DNA from: Nitrospirota bacterium
GTDB lineage: Bacteria > Nitrospirota > UBA9217
Assembly (NCBI GenBank): GCA_963796285.1
Contig: CAWCKW010000013.1
Span: forward strand, 1 to 64,000
DNA: 64,000 nucleotides
Direction: 5' to 3'
Part shown: in pieces, positions 51,664 to 62,330 of the stretch
Position numbering within the stretch: position 1 is the stretch's first letter
How the letters are laid out: each line of letters begins with the position of its first letter
The notes under the pieces: model-generated
What the model was told of the DNA's origin: nothing
Database searches by the model: none
The model's input: only the letters and a program-made list of their open reading frames with translations
Made by a program: the position numbers and the translations under genes

Positions 51664-54600
51664 ATGGTTGTATCAAGACGGGACTTTATCAAGATATCAG
51701 GCAGCACGGTTTTGCTCGGGTCTCTTGGTATAAACCTTGATCCGGCCCGGGCATACGCCCAGGGCCTCAGGATCAAAGATGCCAAGGTGACAAATACGAT
51801 CTGTCCCTACTGCGCCGTGGGATGCGGCATCCTCGTCCACACGAAAGATGGAAAGGTCATAAACACCGAGGGCGACCCTGATCATCCGATAAGTGAGGGC
51901 ACGCTTTGCTCGAAAGGATCATCGCTGTATCAGATCATTAATAATCCCCTGAGGCTCACGAAACCCAAATATCGCGCAGCCGGCGCCACGGAATTCAAGG
52001 AAGTGGAATGGGATTGGGCGCTCGACGAGATCGCCAAGCGCGTTAAAGACACGCGCGACCGGACCTTCAAGCTCACCTCCAAGTCGAAGGTGAAAGAAAA
52101 ACAACCGGACGGTACTGAAACGGATGTAGTAAAGGACTTCGTCGTAAACAGGACCGATGGCATCGCTCATGTGGGCAGTGCGGCACTGGACAACGAAGAA
52201 TGCTACATGCTCCAGAAGATGCTCAGGTCCTGGGGCCTGGTATATATCGAACACCAGGCGCGCATTTGACACTCCGCAACTGTAGCGGCTCTGGGAGAGT
52301 CGTTCGGGCGCGGTGCAATGACAAATCACTGGATCGATATCAAGAATGCTGATGTAATTCTCGTAATGGGGAGCAATCCCGCATCGAACCACCCCATTTC
52401 CATGAAATGGGTCATGAAGGCAAAGGAAAATGGCGCGAAGCTGATCGTCGTAGACCCCCGCTTCACACAGACCGCTGCAAAGGCCGATGTGTACGCAGCC
52501 ATGCGCTCCGGCACGGACATAGCCTTCCTCGGCGGGATGATCAAGTACATCATCGACAACAATCTCATTTTTTCGGAATACGTGGTCAAGTATACCAATG
52601 CCCCCTTCCTCGTGAATCCCGATTTCAAGGGCCCCGCCGAATTGAACGGCCTGTATTCAGGCTATGATGAAAAAACCAGAAAATACGATAAAAAGACCTG
52701 GTCGTTCCAGATGGACGAGAACGGCGTCCCGAAAAAGGACCCGACGCTCAAAGATCCCGAACTGCGTATACCAGCAAATGAAGAAACATTACTCCCGCTA
52801 CACCCTCGACAAGGTTTCGAGCATCACGGGTACTCCCAAGGAGAAGCTGGTCGAGGTCTACAAACTCTATGCCTCGACAGGCAAGCCGAACCGGGTCGGG
52901 CACCGAGCTCTATGCCATGGGCTGGACCCAGCACACCATCGGCACCCAGAACATCCGGGCCATGACCATCATCCAGCTCCTGCTCGGCAACATGGGGATG
53001 GCAGGCGGCGGCATCAATGCGCTGCGCGGCGAGAGCAATGTCCAGGGGTCGACGGACCACGGGCTGCTGTTCAATGTCCTTCCGGGTTATCTGCCGACGC
53101 CCTCAGCGTCCCTTGTCGACCCTGCCGGCCTACATCGAGAAATTCACGCCCAAGACCAAGGAACCGAAGAGCGTGAACTGGTGGGCCAACCGGGGCAAGT
53201 ACATCACGAGTTATCTTAAGGCTATCTACGGCAACAAGGCTCAAAAAGACAATGATTTCGGTTATGCCTGGCTGCCGAAAATCGACGAAGGCATGAATGC
53301 TTCGTGGCTCATGCTGTTCGACAAAATGAACGATGGCCAGTTCGAAGGGTTCTTTGCCTGGGGCCAGAACCCTGCCTGTTCCGGCGCAAATTCGAACAAG
53401 ACCAGATCATGCCCTTGCTAAGCTCAAGTGGATGGTCAACATCAACCTCTTTGACAACGAGACCGGGTCGTTCTGGAAGGGACCGGGCATGGACCCAAAG
53501 AATATTCAGACCGAGGTCTTCCTGCTTCCCGCAGCTTCCTCCGTTGAAAAGGAAGGCAGCCTCTCGAACTCGGGTCGATGGGCGCAATGGCGATATAAAG
53601 CCATAGATCCCATCGGCCAGTCCAAGCCGGACTCGGAGATCATGAACGAGCTTTACTTCAGGGTAAAGAGCCTGTACCGGAAGCAGGGCGGTAAATTCCC
53701 GGAGCCCATCGTGAACCTGACCTGGAACTACGGGGAAAAGGACGCTGCGGGCAAGATCAAGAGAAGTCAATATCCATAATGTGGCCAAGGAGATCAACGG
53801 ATACTACCTCGAGGATGTCTACGACAAGACCGCGACCCCGCCCAAGCTCCTCGGCAAGAAGGGCGAGCTCTGCGCGTCCTTCGTGCATCTGCAGGCCGAC
53901 GGCACGACCTCCTGCGGGTGCTGGATCTACTCACAGAGCTACACACAGAAAGAAGGCAAGATCATCAACATGATGGCGCGTCGTGACAACAAGAACGACC
54001 CCACGGGCCTCGGCCTGTATCCCGGATGGGCGTGGGCCTGGCCGGTCAACAGAAGGATCATCTACAACCGCGCCTCCGTCGACCCCCAGGGAAAGCCCTG
54101 GGACCCGAAACGCGCGGTCATCAAATGGGACCCGGTCAAACTGGATGCTGCAAGCAAGAAACCGGGTACGTGGGTGGGAGATGTGCCCGACGGGCCTGCA
54201 CCGCCCATGGCCACGGAAAAAGGCAAGCTGCCCTTTATCATGATGGCCACCGGCGTGGGCGCCCTGTTCGGCCCCGGCCTCGCAGACGGCCCCTTCCCCG
54301 AGCATTACGAGGCACTGGAATGCCCGCTCGAGGAAAACTCCATGTCCAAACAGCGGATCAATCCCACGATCAAGCTCTTCGGGGATAAGGAAGATGCTTT
54401 CTTCTCCTGTGATGTGCGGTATCCCTTCGTGGCAACGACCTACCGGACATCCGAGCACTGGCAGACCGGCGTCATGACAAGGCATGAACCCTGGCAGCTC
54501 GAGATGCAGCCGCAGCAGTTCGTGGAAATGAGCGAAGAGCTGGCAAAAGAAAAGAACATCAGGAATGGAGACAAGGTGACGGTGAAGTCAGGCCGCGGCG

Positions 54601-54818
54601 AGATCTGGGCAATTGCCATGGTCACGGGCCGGTTCAAGCCCTTCAAGATAGCCGGGTCGACCGTCCACCAGGTAGGGCTCCCCTGGTGCTTCGGCTGGCA
54701 GTATCCCGAGGGCGGCGGCGGCGGCGACAGCGCGAACCTGCTCACACCAACAGTCGGCGATGCCAATACCATGATACCCGAATCCAAGGCCTTCATGGTC
54801 AACATCGTGAAGGCATAG
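51664..54818 (+). CDS. fdnG: Selenocysteine-containing formate dehydrogenase alpha subunit (Tat-exported, Mo/W-bisPGD); about 5 indels
   Basis: SRRDFIK Tat motif, CPYCAVGC, EHQARI-TGA-HSATVAAL..FGRGAMTNHW, ALRGESNVQGSTD, DGPFPEHYE. Confidence 0.95.
52285..52303 (+). promoter_or_regulatory. Bacterial SECIS hairpin
   Basis: GCGGCTCT-GGG-AGAGTCGT, 15 nt after in-frame TGA (52267-52269). Confidence 0.7.
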
Positions 54819-54828
54819 GGGGAAGATT

Positions 54829-55596
54829 ATGACGACAACACCGAATAGAAAAGCATTGCTCGTCTCTCCGGAGCTGTGTATCGGGTGCAGGGGTTGCCAG
54901 ACCGCATGCAAAAGCTGGAACCAGTTGCCCGGCCAGATGACGAAAAATACGGGGACCTATCAAAACCCTCCGGACCTGGAACCATCAGCGTACAATATCA
55001 TACGGTACAGCGAGGTGCCGTCCGAGACAAATGCAGTGCGCTGGCTCTTTGTCAGCCGCAGGTGCATGCACTGCGACGATGCGGGATGCATGAAGATCTG
55101 TCCTGCACCGGGCGCTCTCTACAAGACCCCGGAAGGTGCCGTGGCGTTCAATAAGGACAAATGCATCGGCTGCAAGCTCTGTGTCGCGGGCTGTCCATTT
55201 GACGTGCCCAGGTACGATGCGCAGGACAAGATCGGGAAATGTGATCTCTGCGCGGGCCGCATCGCTGAAGGGCTCTCCCCTGCCTGCGCAAAAACCTGCC
55301 CCACCGGCGCGCTCAGGTTCGGGGACCGTGATGGACTGATAGCTGCGGCTAAAAAAGCGGGCTATCAAACAGTATATGGCGAGGCTGACTTGAGCGGACT
55401 GGGCACGCTCTATGCGTTCAAAGATGCGCCGAAACTTTACGGCATGAACGAGAATCCCGCGATCCCGGAAAGCGTCGTCTTTTGGCACAAGGTGCTTAAA
55501 CCCCTGTCGGTTATCGGTCTCGGCGGCGTTGTTGCCGCCGCGCTGATCCACTATGCTGCAGTCGGTCCGCACAAAGATGATGAGGAGGTGAAATAA
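54829..55596 (+). CDS. fdnH: Formate dehydrogenase Fe-S subunit with C-terminal TM anchor
   Basis: CIGCRGCQTAC, CMHC..GC...CP, CIGCKLCVAGCP, KCDLC. Confidence 0.93.
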   Translation: MTTTPNRKALLVSPELCIGCRGCQTACKSWNQLPGQMTKNTGTYQNPPDLEPSAYNIIRYSEVPSETNAVRWLFVSRRCMHCDDAGCMKICPAPGALYKTPEGAVAFNKDKCIGCKLCVAGCPFDVPRYDAQDKIGKCDLCAGRIAEGLSPACAKTCPTGALRFGDRDGLIAAAKKAGYQTVYGEADLSGLGTLYAFKDAPKLYGMNENPAIPESVVFWHKVLKPLSVIGLGGVVAAALIHYAAVGPHKDDEEVK

Positions 55597-55597
55597 G

Positions 55598-56206
55598 ATG
55601 GCTGAGATGGTGAAAAAAGCTACAACCGAAGAGATCATCAATCACTGGATCATGGCGATCAGCTGTATCGTGCTGATCATTACGGGGTATGGTTTCCTGT
55701 TCAAGATCGAGCAGATCTATGCTCTCTTTGGAAGCAATAGCACGATGAAAGTTGTACACAACTGGGCCGGCGTTGTGTTCATCCTGTCTCTCTTCGCAAC
55801 CATGTTCAACTATCTTGGTGAAGCATTGACCTACGATGCCGATGACTGGCAATGGATTAAGGTCGGCGGAGGATATCTTTCCAGGGGGCACGTCAAAAGC
55901 CCGCCCATGGGAAAATTGAACACCGGCCAGAAGCTCTATTATCTTGCGATCCTGATCGCGGGGTTCGGTATTGCGGCTTCCGGCCTTGCCATCTGGCTTA
56001 TGCCCGGTACCAGGACGCTGACGCTCGCCTCCCACCTGGTGCATAATCTGGCCTTTATTCTTTTCATCGTTGCCGTGCCGGCCCATATCTACCTCGGCAC
56101 GCTTGCGAACCCGGGGACCTTCAGGATCATGCTCGATGGCATGGTCCCGATGGAGCTCGCAATGAAGAGATATCCGAAATGGATGAAGCAGATCGGGAAG
56201 AGGTAA
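55598..56206 (+). CDS. fdnI: Formate dehydrogenase cytochrome b (gamma) subunit
   Basis: INHW, VVHNWAG, GKLNTGQK, HIYL heme ligands. Confidence 0.9.
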   Translation: MAEMVKKATTEEIINHWIMAISCIVLIITGYGFLFKIEQIYALFGSNSTMKVVHNWAGVVFILSLFATMFNYLGEALTYDADDWQWIKVGGGYLSRGHVKSPPMGKLNTGQKLYYLAILIAGFGIAASGLAIWLMPGTRTLTLASHLVHNLAFILFIVAVPAHIYLGTLANPGTFRIMLDGMVPMELAMKRYPKWMKQIGKR

Positions 56207-56263
56207 GAATATCCTTCATCTCCCCCTCAAGGATGACGGAGGTGGGAAACTTCAAGAAATGCA

Positions 56264-56301
56264 AAACCCTGTCTTTAACTGTGGAGACAGGGTTATTGTT
56301 T
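56264..56301. terminator. Probable terminator hairpin between convergent genes
   Basis: aaccctgtct...agacagggtt. Confidence 0.55.
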
Positions 56302-56472
56302 AAACGTTTTCCGTATGGCGCACGCCGTTCTTGTTTGGAAACCAGTGGATATCATCGGGGAAATTGATATCGGACGATCACCATGTCAATACAGATGGAT
56401 AACTTGAACACTCCGTATCAATATCTCGAGTTTTGAATGCAGGACATTCACAATGTTGTCACTGGGGAACTG

Positions 56473-57651
56473 CTATGAGTATAAGCCTGATGCAATCGGT
56501 TCTCTTCTGTCTTTCCCACTTCTGACTATTCTCTGTCTCCGTTCGCGAGATCTATCTTCCGGCTCATTGAATCTTCTTCGATTTTCGTCTGATCTTCTAT
56601 CTGTCCGGACCCTGCGCTCGCTACTTAGTAATTCAAAGAGGTCCTCGATCATCTCGCGTCTTTTCTCAATAAGGATACTTTCATGCGCCGTTTCGGCGCG
56701 CATGTTCCTTGCTTTCAATTCAAAGTGATAACCCGAAATGAGTGAGACAAGGACCTGTTCGACCTGTGTGAAGAGCTCACTGTCCTCCTCGAAACTTCTA
56801 TTCTTTCTGATTTCCATCTTCGCCAGCCGAATATCCAGCTCGCGTACAATTCTTTTTGTTTGGTCGTAAATGGCTTCATACAAACCCGCCAGGGCATACA
56901 AGTCTTCCCTTACGAGAACCGACATTTCACTGGTAAGCAAGCTGAGATCCTGCTTTACGGTATCGAGGTACTGCCCTTCGACCGGACCTTGATGTGTCAC
57001 ATCCTCGAGATACTCCCTGAAGTCTTCTTCGATCTCCTCGATCAGCCGGCCTGCCATCTTCCCTGACATCTGGAGCTCCATGAGAATAACGATCGACGCT
57101 TCGCAGAGTTTCCCTATTTTCACCAGGTTGTACCTGACATACCTGGCGATGCTGCCCAGTTCTTTCGCTAACGCCACCCTGCGTTTCTCTTGTATTTCGA
57201 GCGTTCGCTTTCGCTCCTCAACCATATCTTCCAGTCTGTGAAGCTTAACCGCGTCTTTCTTCCTCTTCGGGTTAAGCGTGCTCATTTCTTCTTCGGCGGC
57301 CCTGATGAATGCCGCCGGTTTTTTGAAGTCGAGCAAAGTAAACCCGTGCACGTGGTATTTGTACAGCTCTACCTCGCGTTTGAGCACTGGATTGACAAAG
57401 TGAGAAAGGCTGAGAACACCATAGAACATTCTTTCCCGGAAATTATACAGCGAAGCGTTTATTTGCTTTTGACGCTCGATCGCTGTAACGCGTGCAAGCA
57501 AATCACGATACGCGGCCAGGTCGTCGTCGTGCCGTCCACGCTCGTCTTTCTTATTCGGGCTCTCGAGAAAGACCTTGAGCTCCGTTGGTGCAGGATACAG
57601 CGTTTCATCCGCCCCAAAACGAAGTCCAAAAATAGTTTTGTCTAATGCCAT
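56473..57651 (-). CDS. Hypothetical helical protein with C-terminal Arg-rich (E/D)RR repeats
   Basis: 392-aa ORF; tail ERRVRTDRRSDENRRR...ERRQRIVRSGKDRR. Confidence 0.75.
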   Translation of the reverse strand: MALDKTIFGLRFGADETLYPAPTELKVFLESPNKKDERGRHDDDLAAYRDLLARVTAIERQKQINASLYNFRERMFYGVLSLSHFVNPVLKREVELYKYHVHGFTLLDFKKPAAFIRAAEEEMSTLNPKRKKDAVKLHRLEDMVEERKRTLEIQEKRRVALAKELGSIARYVRYNLVKIGKLCEASIVILMELQMSGKMAGRLIEEIEEDFREYLEDVTHQGPVEGQYLDTVKQDLSLLTSEMSVLVREDLYALAGLYEAIYDQTKRIVRELDIRLAKMEIRKNRSFEEDSELFTQVEQVLVSLISGYHFELKARNMRAETAHESILIEKRREMIEDLFELLSSERRVRTDRRSDENRRRFNEPEDRSRERRQRIVRSGKDRREPIASGLYS

Positions 57652-57863
57652 AGAAATACCTGCTGTGGTTACGCTTTGTATAAATCATGCGAAGCCAAAT
57701 TGGTCTACTATTTTAGTATTATATCACATATCTTGAACGTTTCAACGATCTTGTCGCCGAAGTAAATAAATTTCAGCGACACGTGGCAAAGGGCATAGGG
57801 GATGAGGTCAAGGGAGAAAATCAGTTAAATTTTACGTGGTTGGCGTGAAACGCTTGCGAGACG

Positions 57864-57904
57864 AAAAAAAATAAGGGACCGTTATTTAACAGCCCCCTTT
57901 TTTA
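57864..57904 (-). terminator. Terminator after ferredoxin
   Basis: Hairpin ggggctgtta/taacggtccc followed by a T-run on the minus strand. Confidence 0.7.
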
Positions 57905-57923
57905 TGAGTTGTTGTTGAAAGAA

Positions 57924-58109
57924 CTATATCTCGGTGACAGTAATAGCCTGAGGCGGGCAGTTCTCAACGCAGGTCAGGCAGTTGATGCACTCGGACATAT
58001 TTACCGGCTCGGACTTCTCAGCTTGCAGCTGGAACACCTGCTGCGGGCAGACATTCACACAGGTGCCGCAGCCGTCGCACTTGTTCTTGTCCACTGTTAC
58101 CATATACAT
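57924..58109 (-). CDS. fdx: 2[4Fe-4S] ferredoxin
   Basis: CDGCGTCVNVCP and CINCLTCVENCP; GGAGG RBS. Confidence 0.95.
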   Translation of the reverse strand: MYMVTVDKNKCDGCGTCVNVCPQQVFQLQAEKSEPVNMSECINCLTCVENCPPQAITVTEI

Positions 58110-58206
58110 GTAGCTTGTTTCCTCCTTCAGTTAAAATAAACTTCCCAAAACGCGCCATATTACCCGCCCCGAACGATAAAATCAAGTAAGAAATGAAATT
58201 CAAGAG

Positions 58207-58237
58207 AAAAAAAAGCCCACCCTGATTAGGGTGGGCT
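58207..58237 (-). terminator. Terminator after dsrP
   Basis: agcccaccct-aatc-agggtgggct followed by T8 on the minus strand. Confidence 0.85.
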
Positions 58238-58267
58238 CCGAATGCAATGTACTAAAATAACACTGTA

Positions 58268-59440
58268 TTAATGTTCTATCTCTATCCCTGCGGTCTCTTC
58301 CCTGACCGTTATCGCGATCTTGTAGAGCATGGACAGGACCAGGAACCCGATGGCCCAGATCCCAATAGTGATCATGGTCTCCGGCACGGTCGGCCAGTAG
58401 GTGTGTACCTCCTCAAAAGGATTCGGCACGAAACCACCGATGATCAATCCGAAACCCTTGTCTATCCACAAGGAGATAAACAGCATAATACAAGCCAGGG
58501 TAAGCAGCACTTCATTCTTCCGTATCGCCGGTACCCAAAGCATGAACAGCGATACCGCCGCGAAGACCGTTGAGGTCCACATGAGCGGAACAAGTTCGGT
58601 ATGGCCTTCAAGCCCCGTATACAGGTAGAGGAACGATTGTGCATGGCCTGGAATACCGCTGTAGAACGCGGTAAAGAATTCCAGTCCCAGGAAAAACACG
58701 TTCGCGAACATTGCATAGGCAACGATCCTGCCGACTGCCTGGATGGCCTCCTTGCCCACATCGAACTTGCTGATCTTGCGGACGATCAGAGCGAGGATGA
58801 TAAGCAAAGCCGGACCGCCGGCAAATGCCGAGGCCAGGAACCGAGCTGCCATGATGGCGCTGAGCCAGAAATGACGTCCCGGGATACCGGCATATAGAAA
58901 TGCCGTGACCGTGTGAATGCTGATGGCCCACGGGATCGAGAGATAGATCCAGGGTTTTATCCATTTCGGAGGGGCGATGCCCTTCCGATCTGAACCAAGG
59001 GTCACCCAGCCGACCAGAAGGTTGATAAACAGGTAGCCGTTCAGCACCACAGTGTCCCAGAACACCATCGCCGTCGGCGTGGGGTGCAGGAATATGTTCA
59101 CGACCCTCATGGGCTGACCCATGTCCGCCATGATGAAGAGAATGCACATGACCACCGCGGAAATCGCGAGAAACTCACCGAGGATCACGACCTTCGTAAA
59201 GGTCTTGTAATCGTGCAAATAGTGCGGGATGACCAGCATCACGGCCGAGGCGGCAACACCAACCAGGAACGTGAACTGGCCGATATACAGGCCCCACGTT
59301 ACATCCCGGTGAAGTCCGGTAAGCCCCAACCCGTAGGTAAACTGCTGGTAATAATAATACGCCCCCACCAGTGACAGGGCACCGAGAAACATGAGCCATG
59401 CCCAATATTTTTTACTCCCTACTAGCGCTTTCTCAAGCAT
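58268..59440 (-). CDS. dsrP: DsrP (NrfD/PsrC family membrane subunit)
   Basis: DVTWGLYIGQFTFLVGVAASAV, SIPWAISIHTVTAFLY. Confidence 0.97.
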   Translation of the reverse strand: MLEKALVGSKKYWAWLMFLGALSLVGAYYYYQQFTYGLGLTGLHRDVTWGLYIGQFTFLVGVAASAVMLVIPHYLHDYKTFTKVVILGEFLAISAVVMCILFIMADMGQPMRVVNIFLHPTPTAMVFWDTVVLNGYLFINLLVGWVTLGSDRKGIAPPKWIKPWIYLSIPWAISIHTVTAFLYAGIPGRHFWLSAIMAARFLASAFAGGPALLIILALIVRKISKFDVGKEAIQAVGRIVAYAMFANVFFLGLEFFTAFYSGIPGHAQSFLYLYTGLEGHTELVPLMWTSTVFAAVSLFMLWVPAIRKNEVLLTLACIMLFISLWIDKGFGLIIGGFVPNPFEEVHTYWPTVPETMITIGIWAIGFLVLSMLYKIAITVREETAGIEIEH

Positions 59441-60284
59441 GCTCGCTCCCTCCTGCTCCTACGAGATAGTAAATGGCCGGGCCCGTGCCCAGGTCGGATT
59501 TGCGGCGTATCGTATACTGGTTTGTCACGATCTTCCTGACCTCGGAGTTCTGGTCTTCCATGTCTCCGAAGAGCAGGCCGCCCTTGGGCGCGGCCTCGAC
59601 GCATGCCGGCAGTTTGCCAAATGACAGCCGCTCGGTGCAGAAGGTACATTTTTCCACAACGCCTTTTGTTCGAGTCGGATACGCCTTGTTCTCATTCTTG
59701 ATGAACGGTTCCCCGTTTGGATTCGTGCCGCGGGGATCTCTCCAGTTGAAGCTCCGCGCCCCATAGGGACATGCAGCCATGCAAAATCGGCATCCGATGC
59801 AGCGATGCTCATCCTGCATCGTGATCCCGTCGGGGAGTTTGAATGTTGCCTTGGTGGGACAGACCCGCACGCACGGAGGGTTGTCGCAATGGTTGCACAA
59901 TACGAAAAAAGGCATCTCTTTCATGTGCTCACTCATATACTTATTGTCCTGGCCCGGGAAAGCGTGCTCGTACGCCGCCTGCCAGATCCACTTGATTTCG
60001 TCTTTCCTGTTTACGGACCCGTCCGCGTTCCGGTAATCGGGGACATTGTGTGTCTGATGGCAGGCCGAAATGACCTTCTTAACGTCTTCCTCGTTTGTAA
60101 ACTTGCTCATATCCACGACCATCGCCCATCGTTTCGCAACCAGCGCTTCAGGGTTGCGATTCACTTCTGACGGATCCAACCCTTTAGACCATATGTTATG
60201 CGTAGCTGACGCCACCGAAGCTCCGAACCCCAGGATGGAGGAAATACCGGCTATTTTAATGAACTGCCTTCTATCCATGCTCAT
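59433..60284 (-). CDS. dsrO: DsrO Tat-exported Fe-S protein
   Basis: DRRQFIK, CNHCDNPPCVRVCP, CIGCRFCMAACP, EKCTFC. Confidence 0.96.
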   Translation of the reverse strand: MSMDRRQFIKIAGISSILGFGASVASATHNIWSKGLDPSEVNRNPEALVAKRWAMVVDMSKFTNEEDVKKVISACHQTHNVPDYRNADGSVNRKDEIKWIWQAAYEHAFPGQDNKYMSEHMKEMPFFVLCNHCDNPPCVRVCPTKATFKLPDGITMQDEHRCIGCRFCMAACPYGARSFNWRDPRGTNPNGEPFIKNENKAYPTRTKGVVEKCTFCTERLSFGKLPACVEAAPKGGLLFGDMEDQNSEVRKIVTNQYTIRRKSDLGTGPAIYYLVGAGGSEHA

Positions 60285-60709
60285 GATTTTGCCTCCTCCT
60301 TCTCTACTGGCTGGATGTGGCAATCCCAGCAATACGGCTTTACCGACATATAGGTGTGACATTCATCACAGAACTTCTTCTTGTTGGAATGGCACGTCAT
60401 GCAACCGTTCTGAAGGCTCATGTTGAACCGTTTATGGTTCGCATTGCTGATGTAGCCGCGATTATAGTCGCGAACCACGGAATCACGCCAGTTGTTCAGA
60501 AGCTGCATGTGCTCCGTTCGCATGAATTCCTTGGACTCCACGCACTCCTTCTTGCCGTTCAGCTTTTCCCATTCCTGGATCGCGGGTGTATCGACTTTCG
60601 GTTCAGGCTTGGCATTAACCTTCCCGATGTTGAAATAGAACGGGAAAGTCGCAAATGCCAGAAAAACCATCAAGCCGATGAATATTTTACCGCTATCATA
60701 GAGTTTCAT
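60281..60709 (-). CDS. dsrJ: DsrJ triheme cytochrome c
   Basis: CMTCH, CDECH, CWDCH; MR.EHMQLL..WRD.VVR. Confidence 0.97.
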   Translation of the reverse strand: MKLYDSGKIFIGLMVFLAFATFPFYFNIGKVNAKPEPKVDTPAIQEWEKLNGKKECVESKEFMRTEHMQLLNNWRDSVVRDYNRGYISNANHKRFNMSLQNGCMTCHSNKKKFCDECHTYMSVKPYCWDCHIQPVEKEEAKS

Positions 60710-62328
60710 TAGGCTTTTTCCTCCTTCACCTGGGCTGACGGAAGAGGCTCGCCCCGCAGATCGGTCGTCCGTTCTTTCTCGCCCGTCATGATGAGAGCGT
60801 TGGCCACAAGCTCATGGAGACCGCACACCCCCACGCTGGGGACCCAGTATTCCATCAGGGCCTTGAGCGTAGCCCGGTCAATGGCGCAAACGTTGCCGAG
60901 CATATTCACGCCATAGTGGTCTGCGACAAACTTGACCGCGTTCGCCCGGGGAAATCCGCCCTTCATTCTGAGATCCATGTCTTCCGAAGCATTCAAGCCC
61001 GTGCCGCTGCCGCAGCAGAAGGTCTTTTCGCGGATGGTATCTTCCGGCATTTCCGTGAAATGATTGCACACGCTCTTGAGCACGTACCGCGGTTCATCGA
61101 GCAGGCCCATGCCACGCGCGGTGTTACAGGAGTCGTGCCAGGTGAGGTGCAGGTGATCGTTGCGCTTTGGATCCAGTTTGAGTTTGTTGTTCTTGATTAG
61201 GTCGGCCGTAAATTCGGCGACATGCACCATTTTCATCGATTTTGCATTTTCGAAAACCGTGCCGGTGATCGGGGACTTCGGGACTTCCAGAAAATCAGCA
61301 GGACCGTTCCAGGTGTCCATATACTGGGAAAGAACACGCCACATGTGACCGCACTCTCCGCCAAGGATCCACTTCACACCGAGACGCTTGGCTTCGGCAT
61401 AGATCTTGGAATTAAGCCGCTTTCCCATTTCGTTCGAGGTGAAGAATCCGAAGTTGCCTCCCTCGGAAGCGTAAGTGCTCCAGGTATAGTCAAGCCCCAG
61501 TTCCTCGAACAGCATGAGGTATCCCATGCACGTGTATGTACCGGGATCGGCAAACAGGTCGCCCGACGGTGTCACGAACAGGATCTCTGCGCCCTTCCGG
61601 TTGAACGTGGGCTTGATCCTTTTGCCCGTAATGGTCTCGATGTCGTCAAGCATGTATTCGAGGTTGCCGACGATCGTGTGTGGTTCGAGGCCCAAATGGT
61701 TGCCCTTCATGTAGCAGTTCGAGACCGGCCCCGCGATCCACTCGATGTTCAGGCCGAGCAGATTGAGGAGTTCTCGCCCGATCATGGTGATTTCCGCCTG
61801 GTCGATGCCGTAAGGGCAGAAGACCGAGCAGCGGCGGCACTCGGTGCACTGGTAGAAATAGTACCACCACTCCTTCAGTACATCGAGCGTGAGTTCGCGC
61901 GCTCCCGCCATCGATCCGAAGATCTTGCCCGCAAGGGTGTATTCTTTTCGATAGACCGAACGAATGAGCTCGGCCCTGAGCACCGGCATGTTCTTTGGAT
62001 CGCCGGTTCCGATGAAGAAGTGGCACTTGTCGGCGCAGGCGCCGCAGCGCACGCAGATGTCCATGAAGAGCCGGAAGGACCGGTACTTTTCGAGGCGCTC
62101 CGCGATCCCATCGAGCAGGATCTGCTTCCAGTTCTCGGGCAGTTTCCAGTCCGCGTCCGCAGGCCGCCAATCCCGGGGGTTCGGAAAACCGACGATCTCG
62201 AGGCTTTTCGGCTTCGATCCATGACAGAACATGCCCTCTTTGAACACAACGGGCGTATCCATCCACCCCGTTTTCGGCGGAGTGTAATCTATCTTTGACA
62301 GTTCTTCTGGCTTCGGAAGTTTTGCCAT
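60709..62328 (-). CDS. dsrK: DsrK (HdrD-like Fe-S subunit)
   Basis: CVRCGACADKC, CTECRRCSVFCP, GGECGHMWR, HDSC, CCG. Confidence 0.97.
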   Translation of the reverse strand: MAKLPKPEELSKIDYTPPKTGWMDTPVVFKEGMFCHGSKPKSLEIVGFPNPRDWRPADADWKLPENWKQILLDGIAERLEKYRSFRLFMDICVRCGACADKCHFFIGTGDPKNMPVLRAELIRSVYRKEYTLAGKIFGSMAGARELTLDVLKEWWYYFYQCTECRRCSVFCPYGIDQAEITMIGRELLNLLGLNIEWIAGPVSNCYMKGNHLGLEPHTIVGNLEYMLDDIETITGKRIKPTFNRKGAEILFVTPSGDLFADPGTYTCMGYLMLFEELGLDYTWSTYASEGGNFGFFTSNEMGKRLNSKIYAEAKRLGVKWILGGECGHMWRVLSQYMDTWNGPADFLEVPKSPITGTVFENAKSMKMVHVAEFTADLIKNNKLKLDPKRNDHLHLTWHDSCNTARGMGLLDEPRYVLKSVCNHFTEMPEDTIREKTFCCGSGTGLNASEDMDLRMKGGFPRANAVKFVADHYGVNMLGNVCAIDRATLKALMEYWVPSVGVCGLHELVANALIMTGEKERTTDLRGEPLPSAQVKEEKA

Positions 62329-62330
62329 GA

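Noticed and set aside
52267-52269. Premature stop suggesting an fdh pseudogene
   Set aside because: It lies at the conserved Sec position, the frame continues, and a SECIS-like hairpin follows.
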